A stretch of DNA of 64,000 bases from Psilocybe cubensis (Eukaryota). The notes under the pieces were generated by a model. That model saw only the letters and a list, made by a program, of their open reading frames with translations. It was not told the origin of the DNA and made no database searches. Of this stretch, positions 54,877-64,000 are shown piece after piece. A program made the translations under genes and the position numbers. The stretch covers positions 3,286,001 through 3,350,000 of the forward strand of contig CM039001.1 in assembly GCA_017499595.2 (NCBI GenBank), written 5' to 3'. Every line of letters begins with the position of its first letter. Within the stretch, counting starts at the first letter, position 1.

Positions 54877-57435
54877 TCAAAGCTCCTTCATATGGACCCA
54901 CAGGCCGCCCTACATCAAAGTAAATATCCCGAACCCTTTCATCATCAGTAATCAATCATCACTGACCTTGACATACATCGTCAGGTGAGACATTGGGTGA
55001 ATTTGCTCTCTTGATTTCCATCTATCAGCAGAAGCCCAGTGATCCGGTGGGGGGATGTTGGCCGATTTGTCAAGAGTAAATCCGGTAAACTGTTGCAAGA
55101 GCCGGACTAGGTAAAACGACGCCTCGTTATACGCCAGCTATCCGCCGAGTCAGCGAGCACAGTCAGATTGGCTGTAATGTTTTGCCCTTACTTGTTGACC
55201 GAGGCATATTCTGGGCCCTGCGTTGAAGGGGCAAAAGATGAACGGGTTTGGTAAGAAATACTTCTGCAGTCTCTCGTCCAGGAACCTATCGGGGTCGAAT
55301 TCAAGTGCTTAAAGTAACCGTCAGATGAGGTTGTGTACCCTTGACGTCTGATGTGATTTGTAGTGCTCACCATCAGGTCCCCATAGGTCTGTCCGCCGAT
55401 GGAGGTTTATGACTGTGTACATGCAACTGCTCATAGCCGTAAATTTCTGGGTCGTTACAGATATTTGGGAACTTACGAGGTGTTCGCTGGCACATAAATC
55501 GGCTTTTCATCAGGTGTAGTAGGGGGCAGCACGACCGGTTTCACGTTTGTCCTGGAGAATGGCATGTCAGACGCCGAGGTTTTTCTTGCATTGACATTTG
55601 GTCGTGACGACGTGCCTGAAATTGATAGGGCTGCACAGGAAAAAAACGCGTTAATGGTCACTGAGGCCTAAGGTTTCAGTGGGAATTTGCTCATTGCTTA
55701 CACAGGAGGATAGAACCTGAGGACCTCTGCAGATAGGAGTTAATGAACCAAATCCTATTGGATAAAGTATGCCGCCGACTAACCGTTCAGGAATGCTCTC
55801 ATATATCTTAAATCACGAATTTGGTCGTAAGTCGGATTACCATTTGGTCCAACGTGGGTGTATATCTCCTCGCGCAGACGCCTCTCTATATCTGGGTATC
55901 TGGAAAGCATGTATACAGAGAATGTTAACAGGCACATGGTCTGTCAAACCTGGGATCAGCGATTCATCAACCGCTGAAAAGTAGTAGAAATCGTACAGTA
56001 TCCCGCCCAGCCACAAGAAGGTTGATGAGTTCGTCTTTGATTAATCTCTCGTCTGAAATTGCTAACGTTAACTTGAAATTGTATGAGGGCGTTTTTTATA
56101 AGATGGGACCCTGCAGACCTTGTGTATTCTTCACAAGGTATCCGATAAGAGTTTCGTCATCCATGGTTTCCTTGATTTCTGATGTACCAATCATTTCCTC
56201 ACGTCCCCGTTTGTTTAATGCAGCTTGCATTAGCGGTTCTGTGAATTGGTCCATAATTTCTCGCAACGGCGCCACAACGTCCTTCCAAAACTCGCTGAGA
56301 GGCCATTGGTTGCCTCTAATCAGTCGTAGTGCAGTATAACCCATACCTTTAGTAAAAGCATCGACAAATGTAGTTGAAGGGTGATTGTAAAATTCGGGAG
56401 GATTTTCCCTCGAGGAAGATGGTGGATACGGCAGACCACCAAGGATGGATCCTACGGAGCCTCCAAATAGAAACTCAGTGCTTGAATCAAGGGTAAATCG
56501 CGAGACAAGATCCTGAATGTCAATTGAGTATCCTTCTGAAAGCCTATTCTTTGCTGTGGCTAGGGACATGTCACAAGTCCTCGCAAATAGATCAAAATGA
56601 CTGATCCTGTCCTTTGTAAAGAATGGTCTTGTCATAGCACGATGGAATCTGATAATAGGCGTGAACATGGTTTCGTTCAAGAAGAGTTGCAAAGATACGG
56701 ACTTCCACATTTCACCTAAATATCATATTAAATGCATTTTCTGCCAAAAACAAACCCAGACGCTTACCATCAGCATTAAACACCCCTGTGCCAAAGAATG
56801 ATTCGAGCTGCGAATATAGCATAGGTCCTTTCTCGAACGATTCGAATTGACTAGAAAGAATGGCCTACATTTCACGATTTTAATAATAACCACATCTTCA
56901 CGTAGGGTGCTGACTGACCTTGACATGACCAGGTTCATCTGTGGACATCTTTCAAATTTATTAGTGTCGGGTGATAAAAGGTTTGTATGCCCCCAGCCAG
57001 GACGCACTATCGTATTGTTAAGAAAAGTGAATCGAATTGTATGCCCATATAAACTAAACCAACGAAGCATGGCATCACCTTCAGAGAATAGGGTAAGATA
57101 TTTTCCTAGGGTAATAAATAAAAAATACCTGGATAGCCAGTCAAAATTGATTCCGTGAACTCAGTGACCAGAGAAAGAGATGATTCTGGGCAGCGTGTCG
57201 CCAATTTGGCACCATGTTGGGCAGCAGCGCGTTCATTGAGCCACTCTGAAACATAGTTTTCAAGCACAAATAGGCACGGTCGTGCAAATATGGACAGCAT
57301 GATGATCATCCATTGTGGGATAGACAACTTTACATGCTGCCGCAATAGACTTAGTGAAAAGTAGACGATCACAGATGGTTTGGCAAAGAAGGGTATTAGA
57401 CTGAGTAGGTACTTCGGCCCTGGAGGAACCTTCAT
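54877..57435 (-). CDS. Cytochrome P450, CYP63-like, copy 5; 15 introns
   Basis: MKVPPG start, [64 protein letters not shown]. Confidence 0.9.
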
Positions 57436-58334
57436 AGTATGAGAGAATAATGAGTAAGAGTAGAGAGTGAAAGCAATTTGCCTGGGAAACTATCACGTCC
57501 TGAACCGACAGATTAAGTGGGAATAAAACCAAGGGACAATCATGATCTCACTAGTTGCCCTATCATCGAATGTTGAGTAACACATGCATCTATTACTGCC
57601 TGGGATTCAGGAATACAACGCATCAGCTGACACAAGATAAGTCTGAAATAATTTATCTGGTTATCGAAGTCCTTGGTGATATGTGGAGTTCCTGGGTATT
57701 GGTAAGTAACAATCTCGGCCCCGGATGTCGGGAGACTTCCAGCGGAGAACAAACCGGGTCAAATTTCTTGAGGATGCTGCAAGCCGTGGCAAAAATCACA
57801 CACTCTCTTCCCCATCAAATTTATCATGGATTTTTCTGCCCGCGACGTATGTACATTTAGATTAAAATTGTCAACACACCTGCTTAAAGTAACCCTGCTC
57901 TGACAATGGATGAGTACGAAACTGAGAAAAGTAAGGGATTTTGCCGAGAGTTTATTGTCGGAGATTCAACTTTAGAGTTCAGTATTCTCACGACCCGGTG
58001 ACCCAAAAACTTGAGAAATATTACCCATACTGCACTTTTGTTATGTGCTGATCGAGGATCTTCGAGAATGAATTGAATAAAAGGTTGGAATTAAGTAGAG
58101 CATTAATCTATATTTTATGCATCCTAAAGTTTAGAAAATCTGTGCTCTATCACAGTCAGGTACTACTAAGTTGGTCCCACTCAGGGGCTTCGCGACGACG
58201 CCTGAACTTGATAGAAAGATTCGAACGATTTGCATTAAACATTACAGAATACCAGAGCATAATATCACATTTAAATTAAAGATACACTATCTGAAAAGAT
58301 GTGGAGATCATAGATTTACATCACAAAGATGACA

Positions 58335-61103
58335 CTACTGTTGCCTGTTGACCCTAACAGTAAAATATCTTACTTTCTTCACATTCCTTTGAGTTCTTTC
58401 ATACGTATCCACAAGCCTCCCTATAGAGATACTTCCGATGAGAGCAGCTATACACAGTAGTTGTAGAATTGAATACCTTGATGTACATGGTTACATGCGC
58501 CATGGGAAAGATCTTTTCTGTCCCTTTCAGGTTGTCTCCAAATTTCCACTCAGCGGGAGGAGGAGTGTTGGCAGATTGATCCAAAGAAAATTCCGTAAAT
58601 TGTTGTAAGAGGCGAACGAGGTAGAACGTTGCTTCATGATAGGCAAACTTACGTTTTTATAAGTAAGGTGAATAGAATAAGGCGAGTCAGAACTCACTTG
58701 TTGACCAATACAAATTCTAGGACCGGCATTGAAGGGGCAAAAGATAAATGGATTTGGAGTGAAGTACTTCTTGAGCCTCTCATCTATGAACCTGTCAGGG
58801 TCGAATTTTAAGGCTGTGGGTATATCTAAGTAAGTAACGTTTCATATTGTAAACCGCTTGAAGCAACGCACCATCTGGACCCCAGAGATCCTCCCTGCGG
58901 TGTATGTTGGTTACCGAATACAGTACACTTTACAAGAGTCAGTAAATTAGAATAATGCAGGAAGTATGTGCAAAAGCATCTACGTCGTATTGGCTGGTAC
59001 GTAAATCGGCTTTCCTCCAGCTTTTTTAGAGGGCAACACAGTTGCCTTAGTGCTGATTCTACATGAGAACATTAGCTTTCAGACAACATGGACCATTGTC
59101 ATAGCTACCTTGAGTCAGCAGGTCTTGAGGGGAAGATATAAATTAGCGTCGGACGATATGGTACAGAAAAAGTCATACACAGGGGGGTAGAGCCGGAGAA
59201 CCTCTGTAGTGGGCGAATGTAAGAATCATACAGTGTCACTAAATGTTACCACAAACCATTTAAGAATGCCCTCATGTACTTCATCTCTCGCATCTGGTCG
59301 TATGTCGGAGTCTCATTTGCACCCACCTTTTCCAAGATCTCATTACGAAGACGCGTTTCGATATCTGGATGCTCTGCAAGCATATATACGGCAAAGCTTA
59401 GAAGACACATAGTCTTACGTGCAGCATCTGTCAGCGCCGGGGGAGTTGAGGGAATATAATCCTACGTACTGTATCACGTCCAGCAAGAAGAAGATTGATG
59501 AGCTTTGAAAATCATATCTGTCAGCAAGAGAGTCAAACTGAAGATCTAAGGAGCTTACTTCATCCTTGATAACTTTGGGATCTAAAATGGAAGATAGCGT
59601 ATTAGCGCCTGTAGTGGCTAGGCTTGAGTAATATGGCTCCGTTACCTTGAGTATGCTTTACCAGATGCGAAATAAATGTTTCCTCCTCTTCTTCGTCCGG
59701 GGATTTATCGTTAAGTAACTGCTGCTCTCTTTTGTCTAGGGCTTTTTTCATTAGAGGGTCTATGAACACGTCCATAGCCTTCCGGAAAGGAAGCACTCTA
59801 TCACTCATGAGCTCATCCAGTGGCCACGCATCACCCATTCTAATTCGCATGACAGTGTGATGTAATCCTTCCATGAACGAATCGGCAAAAATGCTGGCTG
59901 GATGATCATGAAGTGATGAATTCTCTTTCGAGGATTCTTGACCAGGGTATGGCATTCCAGCAGAGAGCGATTCGACACTCCCTCCAAAAAGAAACTCAGC
60001 AGCCGAATCAAGAGTAAATCGAGCAATAAGATCCTGTTTGATATAAATGATAGTTAGATATATAGTAGATCGAGCACAGCTAGCTTATCTGATGACCTGA
60101 AAGTCAATGGAATATCCTTCAGCCAACCTCTTCTTGGCCATCTGCAGCGATATTGTTGCATTACGGTCATAAATGTGGAAATCGCTTATTCGCTCTCGAC
60201 TGAAGAAAGGCCTAGACATTGCACGGTGAAATCTAAACAGAAGATGTTGAGCAAGTTTGGCAAGATAACATGAACTCACGCACTTCCACATGTCACCTGT
60301 AAGTATGTTGATGTATCAGCAGTTGTGGTTACAGTCGCAATTAAAATCATATACGTACCGTCTGAGTTGAAAACCCCTGTTCCCAACAATGAATCCAGCT
60401 GAGAAATCAAAGTCGGTCCTAATAAACGGTCATTTTTTCTCCAGGCTTGTAAGATGGTCTGTAGACACGCCTTTGTCAAAGTTATCGAATTGGGTAGCTA
60501 GTACTGCCTATCAGTGAAAATGACGTCAAAAAGGTAAAATAAGAATCGTAAATCACTACTGATCTCGTACCTTGACATGGTCGGGCTCGAGAGTAGCGAT
60601 CTTCGATCGGTATCCATTTTGGTCAGCATGAAATTATCCACAATAGCAGCCAGCTTCTTACAAATTTGGTACTGAAAAGATTAAACCTGAATGTGTTTCC
60701 GTATTTTTTGGACCACTGGAAGTAGATATCGGCTAACATTGAGGAGATAGTCGATTGTTAGTTGAGTCGACCGATAGCATCTTGAAAAATACGCACCAGG
60801 ATAACCGCCTTGGAAGGATTCTGCAAACTTGGAGACGACTGAGAGTAGCGGTTCTTGTACCTTTGGAACAATGATAGCGCCATGTACAGCAGCCGCTTTG
60901 TTATCCGCCCATTCGGAGTAGTAGAGGTTGTAGAAAAAGAGAACCGGTCTTGCTAAAAGAGACAAGAAAACGATAACTGGGGTAGGCAATGCCGTGTCTG
61001 TTTGACGCAGTAGAACCTTGAGCGTGGCATAAGTCACAGCCGAAGGAACTGCGAAATAAGGTAAAGTTCTCAAAAGGTACGCTAGGCCTGGGGATAAACC
61101 CAT
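58335..61103 (-). CDS. Cytochrome P450, CYP63-like, copy 6; about 17 introns
   Basis: MGLSPG start, [50 protein letters not shown]; exact 3' end uncertain. Confidence 0.9.
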
Positions 61104-62773
61104 GTTGATCGATGGAGGTGGGCCGGGGTAGTATTGGGTTGTAGCTAGCTGATGGAGATTGTTCAAACCGGCCCACGATGCTCACCACTCTTTTTAAAGC
61201 CCCAGAGGTCTGCGATCTCACGCCTGTAATACCGTTGTGCATACCCATTGGACAGGAACGTTCTCCCAATAGTCTTCGATAGACCAATGAGAAAGTTTCC
61301 AAGAGACGTTTTCCTTCGGCTTGACTATCTAGAGCGGGTAGCACCTTTCGGAAAGTAGGTGTCCTCTGACCTTCTGTGTCTCGTGTGCTGCCTCCACCCC
61401 TCCGCTTAAGCTATATGCCAAGTTATGTCTTCTAAAAATATAGAGAGCGACCACCGAAGATGACCAGCTGAGCTCTATTAAAAGGCCGATTTAAGCCAAT
61501 TGTTTTTTGATCTCGTAGTAACAAATGCCCTGTTCGATCGTTGCCAGCATTGGGTTTACTGGCAGGGTACCGACTCCTGGAGAATGGGAATACAATAACT
61601 TTGGTTACACAAATTTACAAAGTAAACCATCTCTGACACTTCGTTGGATGTATCCGGAAGACATTCCATACCCAAGACCAAATGCATCGGTCTCGGGCAT
61701 AAAGATGATGGCCTTAGGTCACTGCAGTCAGGTCATGTTTATTTTCATCCAATGGACGACATCGAAAGCCCTAATATTGCACCAGAATGTGTCAAAGTAC
61801 GTGGGATGCAGTGAGACCTAGTCATCTTGAATGACCGACATCATAATTCTCTTAGCCAGCAGGACGATAAAGCAACGGGGCGCTATATGGGTACCATCCC
61901 TATATTTAGAAGAGGCGAGTACGAGATTTCAACGTAAATAGATTGCCTTCTACCCGAGCCCTCTGGTAAATTGGGAGTTGGCGGCGGTCTGCTATCATTT
62001 TGGTGTGATTTAAATAATTGTGATCCTTTTGATGATCTTCAAGGGCCTACAATCACTTGATCATAAACTTGCAACGGAGGTTCTGTACTATCCTCGACTT
62101 CTTCAAATAGGTCACCATGGTACGAGATTGTCCTTAAGAAGGTTACCATAAAGTTTCCAGCTTCAAACCACCGGTTACGGTTGAAGTATGAGGGTTAGTG
62201 AACGCCAAGCAGTAGGCCGGACGGACCGCGGATATCAAAATGACTTATAAGGCAGGCATCATGCATGGATGGTCGAGTAAGCGCCTGTGTTGCATATATC
62301 CGAATTTGAGTCTCAAACAAGACAATTAAAAAGCGAATCCTTGAACTTATAGAAAAAAAACGAACTCACCCTAGAGACATTGGAAAGGTAGGACATCCAA
62401 ACGTCTGAAGCTACTCCGGACAGGGTTTCGCCATTTTTTGCGTGTTCCTCCGTTGGAAAAGCTTCGAGTTACATGGGAGTGTGTTCAAGTATATAAGAAA
62501 AGATGAGCGGCCTTGTCGATAACCCCATACCCCCCAGAGTTTTTTTAACCACCAAATATCATGGGCCGCTGCCTCCGCAAAGTCTAACGATATAGTGCTT
62601 ACTTATCGGCCACACTCAACCCCACAAGCAAGACTGAGTCAAATGACTGCATGTAAATTGATCCAGATTCGAGAGTCGTACTGACCCGATTTCTTGCGTC
62701 TATAAATCCAATGCGGCCGGAGTGCGGCCGTTTAATTATTTGGTACCACACAACACAGTTAGATTGCAGGCTC

Positions 62774-64000
62774 TTATGTTCGTTTTACCTGGTATTTTTC
62801 CCATCCGACTTCTTTGAGTATTTCAACCTTTCCTAGGACCTCCGCTTCCATTGCTTTCATGTATTGGTCCATTGCTTCAATGAGGCCTGGGATACCGGCG
62901 GACAGGATACGCACAGCAAGAAGTCCTGCGTTCATGCCGTTGTTTATGGCCACTGTAGCGACGGGTATACCACGCTAGTTTTTATTCAGGAAGATAGTTA
63001 GTAAAGAGAACCCAAAATTATTTTAAACTTATCGACGTACAGGCATTTGCACAATGCTATGCAAGGAGTCGACACCGTCGAGCGTGCTACCTTTGACAGG
63101 GACGCCAATAACGGGTAGCGCAGTCATAGCTGCTACCATCCCTGGCAGATGAGCAGCGCCGCCGGCTCCCGCAATGATTGTCCGCAGGCCGCGAGTCGAT
63201 GCCGAGCGAGCATAATCGACGAGTCGATCAGGCGTCCGATGCGCCGAGACAATTGTGAGCTCGTATGGGATTTTGAATTGGTCGAGAACGCGCGCGGCGG
63301 GTAGCATGACTGGTAGATCGGAGTCTGAGCCCATAATGATACCCACTAGTGGGTTAGGGTCCGAAAATCCAGAGCCTGGAGTAGCGACAATCGGCGCGTA
63401 ACGATCCACTTCCTCTGAAGTACTTTCAGGTAATGATTCGAGAAGGGGCCGCAGACGGCTTCTCAGCTGTGCATCCGAGTCGGCTACAATGGTGATATGG
63501 CCCATTTTACGTCCCTTTCGGCATTCTGATTTCCCATAGAGATGCACTGAGACACCAGGGATAGTCAAAGCGACATCTACAGTTTTCTGAATTTCTTGCA
63601 TTGACGACGAATATCCTATCAGATTCAGCATCGCAGCTGATGGGACTTTAAGTGCTGTGGAGCCAAGGGGCAACGAGAGAATTGCGCGGAGATGGTTTTC
63701 ATATTGAGATGTTTCACAGGCTTCAATCGTGTAATGGCCGGAGTTATGAGGTCGAGGGGCAATTTCATTGATGAAAATCTTTCCTAAAGAATTGTCACGT
63801 CATCAGGGTTAAGAGGACGGCGAGCAAAACAAAACTAACGCACCATCTTCCATCAAGAACATTTCAACACCAAAGACACCAGCGCCGGAGAAAGACTTAA
63901 CGGCGGTTTCGGCAATGGCTCTTGCTCGTTGTGATAGCGAAGGATCGCGACTGCGAAGCGGTGCGAAAACAAGATGACAGATGTTGTCCTTGTGAACGGT
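62774..64000 (-). CDS. ADE2: Phosphoribosylaminoimidazole carboxylase (PurK-PurE fusion), 3' part; continues beyond the window
   Basis: [71 protein letters not shown]. Confidence 0.97.

Noticed and set aside
61200..62770. CGG-rich motifs upstream of P450 copy 6 as Zn2Cys6 sites, and ORF 61525-61821
   Set aside because: Too short and not visibly shared with other P450 promoters; the ORF has no recognisable domain

Overview
Intron-rich fungal genomic DNA, most consistent with an Agaricomycete mushroom (short 50-60 nt introns, CYP63-type P450s, fungal GSTFuA-type GST, DUF6534-like protein). About 22 protein genes and one intron-containing tRNA-Leu(CAG) are supported. Housekeeping genes (NUG1/GNL3-like GTPase, NOP9, SCO1, a PDI/EPS1-like protein, a PPR protein, FBA1, SEC63, FUR1, ADE2 partial) are interleaved with SIX apparently intact CYP63-like (CYP52-clan) cytochrome P450 paralogs, a GST, an NAD(P)-dependent Rossmann enzyme, a divergent metacaspase, an F-box protein and a coilin-like protein. 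The P450s fall into two structural classes (17/15 introns vs 13 introns) arranged in rough mirror symmetry around the FBA1-SEC63 pair; four of them each use a GC-AG intron at a different position. No PKS/NRPS/terpene synthase, transposase, rRNA or CRISPR is evident. Exon structures and gene ends were read by eye and family assignments come from motif recognition, not database searches.
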